A DNA stretch of 64,000 bases, taken from Paraspadella gotoi. Lineage: Eukaryota > Animalia > Chaetognatha. Made by a program: the position numbers and the translations under genes. Shown one piece after another: positions 13,901 through 27,300 of the stretch (positions within the stretch are counted from its first letter, which is position 1; each line of letters opens with the position of its first letter). The notes under the pieces are model-generated. The model saw only the letters and a program-made list of their open reading frames with translations, did not search any database and was not told where the DNA came from. The stretch covers positions 15,428,285 through 15,492,284 of the forward strand of contig CM119266.1 in assembly GCA_051294375.1 (NCBI GenBank), read 5' to 3'.

Positions 13901-15326
13901 ATATCGCTGTATTTTAGTTATTGATCCTCATTTAAAAAAAATTGTTATTTTTTTTGGTATAAACTAAATTCTAGCAATCTAATAAACACTGTTATGAAGC
14001 TAATTTTATAATGTTACTACAATATGCAAATAAGATGAAAAACTAATTTGATCACGAAATTTAAATTTCTTGTTGCTTCTCCAATTTTATGACGGACAAT
14101 AATTTAAACTAAACCTATTTTCACTACCTATCCATTCGTAGGTGAACTTCATCGGTAAAGAATCACCTCATCCCTCTTCGGACAAGAAGAAAAAGACTCT
14201 CGCCTTCTCGCGCAAGTTTCCCTTCATGAAGAGCAAAGAGCAGCTGATGAGCGAGGAGGCCGAAGTCGCCGCCGCAGAACCGCAGCATCATTTGCAGCAG
14301 CAACCGCCGCCGGAGGAGCAAATCGACTCGTACGAGGCAGTCATTCAGGAGGACATCGATTACGCGCGGCCCGTCGTCGTCCTCGGCGTCATGAAGGTCC
14401 GTGCTTGCTCTTGACGTCGTTATTGTTCGTTAAAGGGATAAGGGGGGATTATTTTGGGGGAGAGAACGTTCGCAAAAAGTACGTGTTGTATTTTAAAAAT
14501 GAACTGAAGGATTTCGAGACAAAACAGATTACAGAAAAACCAAAGACGAATCTTTTTTCGCGCACATATTTTTGTTTATTCTTTACCTTAATCATTGAAG
14601 AAACTCCTATCTTAACTATGTAACTATTTCTTAAACCTAAAAATTAATTTAATTTCTAAATTGGGCTTTTCACTACTAACTGCTATTTTAACTGCAATTA
14701 ACTGCTATCAAAGATCTAACATCTTCCCTTTTCCTTCTCTAGTTTTAATCCCCACCCTCTCTTTCCTCAACCCCCCTTCCCAGGACCGCATCAACGACGA
14801 TCTCATCGCCGAGGACCCCGACCGGTTCGGGTCCTGCGTTCCTCACACGACGCGGCCGCGACGGGACTACGAGATCGACGGTCGCGACTATCACTTCGTC
14901 GATTCTCGGGCGCGAATGGAGACGGACATCCAGAACCACCTCTTCATCGAGGCCGGCCAGTACAACGACAACCTCTACGGGACCTCGGTCGTCTCGGTGC
15001 GCGAGGTGGCCGAGGCCGGCAAGCACTGCGTGCTCGACGTCAGCGCCAACGCCATCAAGCGGCTCCAGGCGGCCGACCTCCACCCCATCTCCGTCCTCAT
15101 CAAGCCCGCCTCCGTCGACGCCATCATGGACATGAACAAACGCGTGACGGAGGAACAGGCGCTGAAGACGCTCGAACGGACGCTCAAGACGGAGCGTGAG
15201 TTCGGCGCCGCCTTCACCGCCGTCGTCGTCGGCGAGACGCTGGCGGAGATCTACGAGCGAGTCAAGGAGGTCATCAGGAGGGAGAGCGGCTCCACCATCT
15301 GGGTCCCGGTGAGGGATCCCGTTTGA
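10945..15326 (+). CDS. dlg1: Discs large (DLG1/SAP97/PSD-95 family) MAGUK: low-complexity N-terminus, PDZ3, SH3, HOOK, guanylate-kinase-like domain; ~647 aa
   Basis: Exons 10945-11730, 11884-12012, 12687-12917, 14142-14396, 14784-15326, all phase 0 GT-AG. Motifs [49 protein letters not shown] (PDZ3), [40 protein letters not shown] (SH3), [18 protein letters not shown]...[25 protein letters not shown]...[15 protein letters not shown] (GK). Confidence 0.95.
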
Positions 15327-16123
15327 GGACGTTTTGGAGAGTCCGGCTCGCCATGGGGGAACGATGGACCCCCTTTTTGATTCAAAACCATAAATTTTTC
15401 TCGCAGTGATAAGAAGTAATCGACTCGTTGATTTTTCCCGCGTCGTCCGCTAATGATAAAAAAAAACAAAAAAACCCGTTGATCAAAAAGCAAAATGAAC
15501 GCGTATGAAAAATAATAAATCTTGTAAACTCACTTCTGTGGTTTGCCCTCTTCCCGGGAACCCAAAGTCATAATCTCCGCTTCCAGATTCGACAAATGTG
15601 TTTCGTTCTCTTCTACGGTTTTGATTTTTTTTTTTTCATTTTTTCCCTCCTCCCATTCCCCAACTGTTTTTCCGTCACTTATATCGTTCTCCCTCTTTTT
15701 CTTTTCTTATGGTATTACTGTTAAATAAGATTAATTTATTGTGTTTTCTTTTCTCCAGTTTATATCCTTTTTATCATTTTTCACTACGTAATTGTACGTA
15801 CTAGAGTCATTTAAAAAAAAACGAAACAAACGTAGCGAAAGTCACCATCGTCCTTTTTCTTTTAATATAATCACCGCCGATTAAATCGAAATTAACGTAG
15901 ATTTTACCAGATTTCGTTTTTCCGTCGGTAAATATCGGTCTTTTTCGTTTTCATCGAACCAAATCTAAGTCAACATTGATCGGGGAAGCGCGATGCTTGT
16001 TATGTGAAAACGACCTGAATCTGTGGATTCACCGTTTGTTATTTTGAGTCTTCAACTGGTCCTGATATTAAAAAAAACACGCACTCTGTATACTGGGGGA
16101 AAACTGCATGCCTTACCTGTTAA

Positions 16124-16294
<171 letters not shown>

Positions 16295-17543
16295 ACCGTT
16301 AGCGCCATCTACAAAAAAAAGTCCATGTACAAAAATTATCAGTTTGACGCATATGCGATACAATCATAGATTGGTTGATTCGTCCGTTCATTCCTTGTAT
16401 AGATTAGTATATAGTGCGTGAATTTTAAATTAGTTCCCGTTGTATATGGAAATCTATTTATTGAAAAACGATAAATTAAAAAAAAATCATGTTTGGGTCT
16501 ACACGAAATATTGAACCATGAACGTACAATCAATCGTAAGTTATTCTTTAAGAATCATTCTCAAGATTTCTTCTTTGAGTTTTTTAACGAGCAGCCACGC
16601 TCCAATCATGCGCGCATTTTGAACCATAATTTGCAAATATTCACAGACGTCAATGGATGCGCGTTCAATACGCATCATTAAAACGCAATTTATTTTCTTG
16701 AACATCACATTGTTTAATAATTTTTTCGTTCGCAGCGTCGTTTCTTTATCAGTGGCACTTATTAAAAAAAAATCATTTTTTTACCATTAACTCACTAAAT
16801 TCAAAAGAAAAGATTTTGTGATTTTTCTTTCTGGTTCTCACGCTCAGTCTGGCGAAGACAATGAAAAGGCAAACACGATGACGAGAGTTTGGAATCATGT
16901 TTTGTTGTAATAGAAATAATATCATATATTCTTTTAATGTATTTTTTATTTAAGAATTGAATTTGCTTTGCATACTCCCGTGATTCTAAGCTCGTCAGTC
17001 ATCTTGTCTGTCGATAACTATGCTGTGATGATGATAAATTGATAACTTTTTTCAATGATTAACCCAGTCGATCTTTTTAACATTCATGACGAATTAAATC
17101 TGAAGGCTTTATGATAATATCGAATGACGTATTCAAGAATGACAGACGGTGAGAAGGATGTATGGATTTTCAACTAATGTTTGGGTTTTTACTTGTGTAA
17201 TATATACTTTGGTGACTTAAACAAATCTTTCGTAGTTGTAGTATCTCTTCGTCCAGATTATCATTGATGGCTTTTTTTGTTAAATAAAAAAATGGATTAT
17301 TCTGTGTAACATAAACCTTTACTACTCATCATTCTGTTATAAATAAACTGTTACGAAATACAAAAAAAAAACCGGACCTTTTTTCGGATTAAAAAAGGCA
17401 ACGACTCATTGATTTTTTACCAATAGTTAACTACAAACTACCGCAATCTACTTTTCATTTTATTGCCAAAACTTTTTCTCGAAGATTTTTCGCTCGCCAC
17501 TGTTTTCGTTTCTTTCAAATTCCCGGAAAAAAAAACAATTGGT

Positions 17544-19429
17544 TCACATTCGGTAAGTGACGTCTTCCTCGTGAGTGTCGATGCGCATCACGCTCTCGGA
17601 CGGCTCCGTGTCCGGAGGCCGCTTCCACGCCTCCCTTGTAGTGACGAAGACGACGACGACGGCGAAGACGACGAGGACGATGCCGAAGAAGTTCACAATG
17701 TAGGCTGCGGGAGGCAATAGATGAGCGTGGTTTTCTCTGTCTCTCTCTCTTTGTCTCTCTCTCTCTATCCCATAGCTCTTTTGTTCTATTTTTCTCTTGC
17801 AGTTTTCCTGATTTACCTTCAGGTGGCCTCTTTGAGTAGGAACTGCCGAGACTGAACATCCCCTTTTCTAGGATGCCAGTGAGCGCGGTCCCGATGCCGA
17901 GAGTGAAAATAGTCACACCGAAATATGTGTGAAGTGACAAGTAGGAACTTCGCAGCCATTCAGAGCGCCCTGTTAAATAAGGGTCGGATCGATACTTTTA
18001 GTTTAATAGTCTTCATGAGTAATACAAATATTTTATAAATTTACCATGACATCAAAACTTAATAGTGTCCGACCTGGAAGCAAAAAGATAAAAAACCCGC
18101 AGAGAAGTTGAAGGGAAAATAGAGCGACAGTCAAGATGCCCAGCCAAGAGTGCAGGCTGAAATAGTGACAAAAAATATTCATGTGTTTTAACATTATAAA
18201 AAGTAACATTGTTCCGTAAAACATGAAGTTTCAATTATGTATAGTTGTATACGTGAAAATACCAAGCAAGAGCAGCCCAAAACAACGTCAGGAGTGAGGC
18301 GACTTACGATCGGTCTCCTGGCATTCCTCTCTAAACCTTCCTCTCTCCTTTTCCTTCGCGCCGGTCAATCTAGGGCAAGGTGACCGTTGGGATTGACCGG
18401 CGCGAAGGAAAAGAAGAGAGGAAGAGAGGGTTACGATCTTCAGTCGCCTCGTTCAACAAGTTTTGCCAAGTGTCTTTAACCATATATGTTAGGTTATGTT
18501 ATAACATTGTTTTACCTATACAAGTTTGGAATGGGTGTTGCTGGAAGGTTGTGTGAATCGAAAACGGCCTAGGAATCAAATGTATATTATATAAGTTATT
18601 CTGTTTCCTAAGTTTATTATTATTATTTTTATTGATTTAGAACACCTTGAGGGAAACGCCGACCAAAATAATGACCAGTGCCTGTATCGCCGCATGGATG
18701 ACTTTTACAGCAAACTTGGGCAAAAAGAAGAGAGCCCGGTAGACGATCATGGCTGTAATTGAGGAAAAAACTTGCACTGAACGCGGTATAAACTAGTAAG
18801 ACGAATTTGAATTTTAAGCTGAGGCTACTTTTCTGGAAATCTCTTAAATGGCAAATTGTGAATTCATCGTTAATTTTCCTACGCTCGGTGAGATGAAAGA
18901 GCTATCCTCCTTGGCATCCTATGTCCTGCTTTGCCCTACCTCCCACCTTGAGCAAAGAGGTAAATGAATCCCACTGTCATGAGTATCGGGTGCCAGTTGA
19001 ACTCGTGCTTGAGATCCTCAGTCCACGCCACGCCACCGCGGTAATCGATGAACCATATGAAGCAAAGCGCTATTACCCCGGCCCCGAGGAGCTGTGGTCG
19101 GGGATGGCGAGAGGATTTTGAGAATTCTTGCGGATTTTACGATACGAGATTTGAAAAGGATATTGATATTTAAACATTTAAATAACAACCACAGTGTTTT
19201 AGTGAGAAAAATTGAATTTGATAAATGAACATCGTACAACCAAAATTTACATTAGATTAAAACGTAAAACAAAACAAGATTCTCAATCCTAACAGCACAA
19301 ACAAAGGATTTGAAGCTGAAATTAATTCATTTTATTTTATTGTACTTTTATTTAACTTACCTGGATAAGAAGGAGGAATCCTCCGAATGTGAGCCATTCA
19401 AGCAATGACCAATTCGTTTTAGGATTCAT
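17544..19429 (-). CDS. Cytochrome b561 family transmembrane ascorbate-dependent reductase (CYB561/CYBRD1-like), ~256 aa
   Basis: Exons 19429-19361, 19091-18947, 18752-18646, 18568-18516, 18156-18074, 17969-17817, 17704-17544, phase-consistent. Motifs FNWHPILM..GFI, KVIHAAIQ, AVFDSHN...IPNLYSLHSWLG, SLHTYFG...ALTGILEK (four heme-ligand His present). Confidence 0.93.
18296..18450. repeat. Intronic fold-back element (34-bp arms, 33/34 match, 20-nt loop; outer 9-bp inverted repeat), MITE-like
   Basis: 18337-18370 cttcctctctccttttccttcgcgccggtcaatc vs 18391-18424 gattgaccggcgcgaaggaaaagaagagaggaag; outer GAGGCGACT/AGTCGCCTC. Confidence 0.75.
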
Positions 19430-20231
19430 TTTTTTGCTCGTTCAATGCTCTCGCAGTTCTGAGTTCTAAAAGAAAAATATTTAATTTTATTTTAGAAAAA
19501 AACTTTCGAAACTGAAAAACTCGCTTCACGATAACTGAAAAAGTGAATCATTAAAAACATCGACGTCTGAAATCGAAGCCAATTTCTCTCGTTATTTTGT
19601 TGACATAAATCCGCCCTTTCTTGATAACCAGGTTTTAAATTGGAGGTCGAACTAATCAAATAATCATTAAATCACATATCAGTGAGAGAGAAAGAACTCA
19701 AAATGTAACTAACCATGTAAATAATCAGATTCCTATTCTGATTCTTTTTTGCTATGACCTGTCTTTGGGATGAAGTTCAAAGTAATACAATTTCAGTGAT
19801 AACATTTTAATCAGTTCATGAAGAAAAAAGAAATTGTAGAAAACTTTAAATGAGACAAATTAAAAAAAATTTCTCATTTATTTTTTATTCATGCTTATTT
19901 TTTGCTAGCTATTTGGGCTAACAAAAATAGTGGTGCTCAGTTAAATTGTGAAGTGAGAAGATTGGCAGTAACGTTTCAACTTTTTATGACGAAAATAAAA
20001 ATTTTATATCAAAGCTGAAGAATGAAGATTCATAGTGGTATCAGAGATAAGCAAGCAGTTAAAGCGATCAAAACTGTAAATTATAAAGAAGACTGGTGAA
20101 TATATATAACATTTTAGGTTAACGATTGGACCTTTTGTCTTCAACTAACGTTTTTATAACTGCATTGTTTAACGACGTCATTTTTAACAATCCTCGATGC
20201 AAATTCCTTTTGCAAGAAATCGAGCCTCTCC

Positions 20232-21835
20232 CTATCCACATGACGTTATTTCATTCCAGCCCTGTTTTTCCTCCTCTTCCACCATCCCTTCCCCCAACTT
20301 CTCCCCCTTGAATGACCCCAGAATCTCCACCGGAAGAGGAAAGACGATGGTTGAATTCTTTCTGGACGAAATCTGCGAGAGAGTCTGCAAGTAGCGAAGC
20401 TGCAACGCCGCCGCATTGGCGTCAATGACTTCGGCGGCCTGCTGAAGGGCGCGGGAGGCGCGCTGTTCGCCCTCGGCCGCAATGACCTTGGCTCGAGCCT
20501 CGCGCGCCGCCTCCGCCTCCGCCGCCATGGCACGCTGCAGCTGCGCCGGAAGCCTCACGTCCTTGACCTCCACCCGTTCCACCTGCCATGGGAAAGAATC
20601 GAGCACATTCGTCGCAAATGAATAACTTTTAAAAATACGGCATTTTCTTTTCATTTTTTGAAAAATTTCTTAGAAGATTAAATTATTGCACCACATAATT
20701 GCTCCTGCCGAAAGATATTACGTAGAATTATTCCGATTTTAATTCTGTTAATAAAGATATAAGCGGATCACTAATTTTGTACCTTGACTCCCCAAGGGTC
20801 TGTCGCCAGGTCGAGACTCTCTTGCATGTTATGCGAAATGGTGTCGCGGTCCGACAGAACTTCCTCCAGCTTCTTGGTGCCCAGGACGGTTCTTGCACAC
20901 GGAATATTTAATTTTATAAATTATTAGTATTGCTTTATCATCCGTGGTATCAACAAGAAAACTTACCTCAGCGTGGTAGCTGCCAATAGCCTCGTGGACC
21001 GAGGTGCGTCCACGACGTTGGTGACGCTCATCGTCGGGTTGAAGATACTCCAGTAGACGACGGCGTCGACGGCGACCGTCACCGAGTCTTTCGTCAAAAT
21101 CTCTTGCTGCGGAACGTCGAAAGTCACCTGGAGACGACAAGACGGTTAAAGTGTCGGGATGAACGAGGATGAGTAAAGTAATGATTATTTTGATGGTCCA
21201 TCGAGTCCAATTAAAAATAATCAACTGACAAACAACACACCGTTCTGAGATCGACGCTGATAAAGTCGTCGACGCAAGGAAGAACAAAGAAGATTCCGGG
21301 TCCCTTGGCACGACCGCCTTTGAGTCGACCCAGTCTGCCAAAAATAAATCTGAACAGTGAACAAACTGAACATAGCTTTTCTATTCACGACTACAAGCGA
21401 TCTTTAGTAGACCCTCATCGCCCTCACCCGTTGGCATGTAAGGTAGCGGGATCGCCAGATTTCTTTACTTCTACAATCTACACCCTCCAAAGCCCTACCA
21501 TTCCCCATTCCGAATCAAACCTTCCCTCTCTCCGAACCCCTCTCTTCATCCCTGCGGTCTCGCCCCCAAAAAAACCTGAAGATGACGGCGCGTTCGTACT
21601 CTTGAACGACTTGGAGAGAAAAGCAAAGGGAGAGTGGGAAGAGTGCGACGACGAAGAGGAAGGAAACGATCGTCAGCGTCCATCCGAAGCACCCGATCTC
21701 GGCGCCGAGTCCAGCGTCATTCCCGCCGCTGTGGTCTCCTGACGCAGCGTCATCGGAACAGCCTCGCGCGCGACGCTGGTCGGGACTCCATCCGTTCGGG
21801 ATCATACTCTCCGCCGAAACGGATTTACTCGTCAT
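20232..21835 (-). CDS. stom: Stomatin / band 7 (SPFH) family membrane protein, ~324 aa
   Basis: Exons 21835-21576, 21334-21241, 21127-20967, 20891-20783, 20582-20232. Motifs [121 protein letters not shown]...[10 protein letters not shown]. Confidence 0.95.
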
Positions 21836-22001
21836 GCAGTTTTGGGTTTTATTAGGGAGATTTGGGGGTTTTCGTTGTTGTATCTAATTAGGTTTTTTAA
21901 AAAAAACGAGATTTGTACTGTTCGTTGTCCGGCTTTTTCTTAATTTCTTTTCGATATTGTTGGGAGAGTAACGGAATTTAAATTGCGCCGTCATGAGCGG
22001 A

Positions 22002-22125
<124 letters not shown>

Positions 22126-22814
22126 CTCTTTGTGTTTTTCTTGACATGAAATCGGGGAAAAAATCATCGCCCGGCAAAGAGAAAGGATGAACGTGGCTTT
22201 TAAAGGAAAGGCAAAGGGGAAGGGGGTATAAGGGAGGCGGTCGTTGGTTTTCGAGGAATTAATTAATTAATTTGCCGAAATCCTAATAAAACAATTAGTT
22301 TTAGGAATTTATTAGAAAAGGGTTTCTGTTTGCTATCAATTCGAATTCCTAAATGGTAGCCTGTCCCATGTAAGAGCCTTTATTCCCCTGCTTCAGATTC
22401 CATGCTGGGTCCCGGCGACTTTAAAATCCTTGATTTGATTGATCGATCAATCTCGATACTGCGACTTTTTATTTAAGTTGCTGCGGTGTTGCGTATTAGT
22501 AGTTGACTTAATTTTATTTTTCGCTTGGCTACGTATTTACATTCTAAATTAATGCTGTTTAACCCAAAAAATTTTTTTTTTACATTTTATTCTTACAGTA
22601 CAAGAATTGACGAATTTACATACGCGAACAAAGGACGACAAAATTTGAACGGTTGGCTCTTTGAACATTCTACATCTAGCATATTGAAAACGTGTAATGA
22701 AAATTGAAAACTAGACGAAGACACATGAATAATGTTATTAATAATAATATGGTCGCGGCGCCGATGCGAATGACTTTAGTGGCCTAGGATGATGTTGCGG
22801 CGACGCAGTAATAT

Positions 22815-23524
22815 TCAGTTGAAATAAAAATTATACTTGACGAGAACGAAGACGAAAAAATAGAATTGCAGAAAAGAGACTGGGGACGACAGCGTCAAAC
22901 TATGGGCAGAAGAAGATTCGTCCGTTTCGTCGTCATCATCGTCTAGTCTTTTGTTCGGAATGATTCGGTCTCTCCCTTCGCACTTAGTCCACTGCGAGGA
23001 CACCTGGTGACGGAATCCGGAAGTTTTTTAAAGTTTTTTTTTATTGAAAACGATTTTAAATATATTATAAATCTTAATATGTATAAATCAAAGAAAACAA
23101 AATTTTTACAATAATCTCTAGATAAAGTTATAAACTGGCTTCACCGTCAAAGGACCATCGATGACTTCTTTAAGCTGATTGCTGTAAACCCAGTAGTAAC
23201 GTCCTTGGATAAAATATATGTTGTCGTCCGTCCCTGAGATGAATGAAAGTAATTTGTTTCAAGAAATGAACGAAAGAAATTTCTGTAGTACTCACCCTGT
23301 AGTACCGCGTCGAGCGGAAACGCCGGCACGCCTCTCCACTCCGCGACCGATTTGGGATAACCGTAGAACATTTTCCCGCGCACCTCGTCGAACTTCCAGT
23401 AGCTTTTTTCTGCCAAAGTCATTTAAAAAATTCGACAGAATAAAATTTTGAATTATGAAATATTGAATATACTGTTTTCTATACATTGTATGTAAAACAT
23501 ACTAAATATTATTATTATTCCCCC

Positions 23525-23572
<48 letters not shown>

Positions 23573-24244
23573 TCTCTTCTCTCTCTCTCTCTGCTCTCTC
23601 TCTCCTCTCTCTCTCTCAGCCACTTTTTCCGATGCAGATGACACACATGAAATTAGCATCATTAAAATCCTCCTTTTTTTTGACAAAAGTCACTTTTCTG
23701 AACTCATTAGTACAACAAAATTAAAACGACCGTGTTACTTTAACATCATTATCGATTGCACCCCAAAAAAAGTATTAACTGTATATATTTTTGCGTAGAA
23801 AGCCAGTAAGATCCCCACTGGAGGCTCAAATTCAAGCGCGGTATGATTTCGAACTTACTTCGCGCCTCCGCGTGGGACTGGGATTAACCCAGTTCACAAG
23901 TAAACTACTAAGTCGATGATGAAGGTCACCTACCTCCTGAACGTAAAACCGTGAGGAGAAGTGAAATCTGAGGCATTGACCCAAGTTGTTTTTCGTGTAT
24001 TACCGAAATTTATTAAAGGCCTTTTAAGGCCTAATAAATTGTGTCTATGCCTTGACTGCCGTTGAAACTTCTGTTTTTTTTTTTCTCATCTGGGTCCTTC
24101 TCAGTTAACATTTAATTATGAAGGTCCCTCACTTTCTCCAAAGTTTATGACGAAACTAGACATCCTTCAGAGACAGTTTTTTTTTCAGGTTTCTTGAGGC
24201 CTTGCTAAAATCAAATGTTATAAAAAAGTGGAACCAAAATAGCT

Positions 24245-24316
<72 letters not shown>

Positions 24317-27300
24317 TCTCTCTCTCACGGTCAAAGAAGTAGGTGTGTGTCTTGAACTGCCACACGAAGGCCGCGTCGATTTTCTCGAGTTGCGGTGGGA
24401 GGCCGAGGACGGTGAGACGGAGAGGCCCGCGGACGAGGGCCACGCCATCGAACTCGTAGAAATACTGACCTGGAGATATGGCATTGTTATAAGAACATAA
24501 AAATAAACAAACCAACAAACTTGACACGTGAATTATTTAACTAAGCCAATAAATCTCCCTCTTACTAAAGAATTATCATAGTAAGGCGAATATATTGTAA
24601 TAAAACTAAAATAGAAAGAGCGTAAATACTGAAATATACCCTTGAAGAACATGAGATTTCCGTTAGGCTTTTCGTAAACGGCGTCCACGGACTCCTCCGG
24701 GTACTGCGTCCAAAACGTCGCCAGTTTGAACGGACCATAAGTCATCGTCTCTTTTTGAACTCTCCAAAAGTATTTTCCTGTGAATATTAACGCGAATGGC
24801 GATGTTCCATTTGAATTTTTTTTATTAAAACATTAACTTACCCTTGAAAAAGAAGACTTCCCAAAACCTGACGACGGAGGCGGCGTCGAAATTCGTGTCG
24901 CAGGTTTCAGGGACGTCGTCGTCCGGTGGCGTTGGTGTCGTCCATGTCGTTGGCGTCGTCTTTCTCGTCGTCGTTTTGGTGTGTCGTTGATCGAAGATTG
25001 AGTTGCCGTCTTCCGTATCACCTGAATTGGAAAAAGAACTTGTCGATTCCTGACCATAGAACAACAGTTGTCGACGGTTTCCACTCACCATATCGTTTTT
25101 GTATCCCGTTAATATCGTCCGAATCTAATTTAAGATCTTCCTTGTAGCCCTAAATGTTGTTTTTGGAAAACCAGTAGAAATAATTTTTTTTAAAATTCAA
25201 TATAATTTTAAATATTTTGTAGGATGCCAATTTTATTTATGTACCTTGTAATACGGCGTCATTATTGCTTCGGCAACAGGGGAATGACCAAGACCGAGAG
25301 AATGACCGATTTCGTGAACGGCGACGGTGAAGAATTCGTAACCTGAGAAATAAAATATATAGTATACGTATTTAAAATATTTACAATAATATGCCTTTAA
25401 GTCGTTCGACTTACGAGTAAAATATTTTTTGTGCGACGAAAATAAAGAAAATAAGACGACGAACGCCGAAATAACATCCATTTTATGGCTCGACTTTTTT
25501 TTATTTCGAGCTGCTCTTTTATAATTTTATAATATTCCGCGCCCCTTGCTTTTATTTGATTTACGTGACCATCAATTCTACGGACGAAACGACGAAGTAG
25601 AAACAAAAAAAAATTATCTTTTTTTTATTTCATCCTTTTATTTCTCTGGAAATCCCGGTGATCGAACTTTATGAAGGAAAAAGGAGGAAAAGAAAATCGG
25701 AGGAAAGGAAAAGAGGAAGAGGAGGAAAGAGAAGAAAAGAAGAGGAGGAGGAAAAGAAGAAAATAAGGTGTAGCTATCGTCTAGGGTCCAAAAAGTCGAA
25801 GGAAGCGTTCAAATTAAATGAATAGTTTTAATACTTTGTCCAGTGGCCATTATCACGAATAGTGAAAAACTATTTCAAATTTAGAATCTTTGAATTTGAC
25901 AGTTGTCTTAAAAAACGTCAAGGAAACGAACCATAAATCTTTGACAATCTTTGAAACAATTTTCATCTTCGACACAAATGATTTAGATTGACTAGCACTT
26001 TCCACGTTTTCTTTCCTGTCGCGTCACGCTTTTTGGCGCGCAAAGACTCACAGTCTCACACTCACTCGCGAAACGCGGGAGTAAATAAGAATCACATGTG
26101 ATGAATTCGCGATTTAGGGGTCATCCGGCCAAACGCTCGACGGTGCGACTGAAAGTTAGACGTTGCCCTTGGCAATTTTGTATAAAGTTAGAATTAGACT
26201 TATTTAAAAGACTTATTTAAAAGACTTATTTAAAAGACTTATTTAAAAGATTTATACAATAATATAAAAAATCAAGAATATCACATGCATTATATTAGAA
26301 CCTATCTTTGTGGTTTGCCACGAGGAAAATTATTAATTCTATACAATGAGAGTAGAAATTTGAATGATCATGAATACAGAAATTTGCGAGATGGCATTAT
26401 AATGATATCAGATATACGATTATTTAAACCAGTTTTAACGGAAAAAATTAGAGGGGGAGAATATTACCACATTAACTTTATAGATAAAGGCTTAGACTAT
26501 ATTAATCTTGGTGGAATTTTAAATAGTAAAACCATACAAAACAAAATACCAGTGTATTTTGATTGCAGGGAACCCCCAATGGTGGGATATGGATATGGTG
26601 GGAGCATAGCTGGTTTAATGTTTAATTATAGAAGATGCTTGAAAAATGAGGATGTTAATAATATTGATATGGATTTGATGGTCTGTGATTGCGAAAATTC
26701 TACATTTAAAGATCCATATCATTATCATATTATCACAGGTAATTTGAATATAATAGAAAATGAAAATTTAAAGAAAATTTTGAAAAAAGGGCCAAAATGT
26801 AGACTGCCTGGAAAGGTGGGTTGGATAAAGGGTATGGATAATATGGCAGACTTCATAGATGTATATGCTGGGGATTGGATAGGGAGAGAAAATCAGGCCA
26901 ATAAAGACACAAAAATAAATATCAATGTTTTAAATGTATGGAAGAAGGAGGTTTTAAATTTAGTTAAAAAACGGATAGAATATTGCAAAAATAAAGTTAA
27001 AAATACTTTCCCATTAAATGTTGCGGGATCTTTAAAAACTGAACTAAATAGATTACAAGATAAATTTATAATAACACCAGCAGACAGGGCTCAAGGCAAT
27101 ATTATTTTTACATGTAAAAAATTCTATTACAAAAGATTAAAAGAAGAATTAATAGACTCACAATCATATAACTTCACTAATGAAACCGCTGAAAGTATCA
27201 ATAAAAGAATAGCTAAATTTGGTGAAGATTATGGAATTAAAGTAAAAGACGAAATGAAAGAAATTCCTATTATTTATTTTATTCCTAGGGTGCATAAAAG

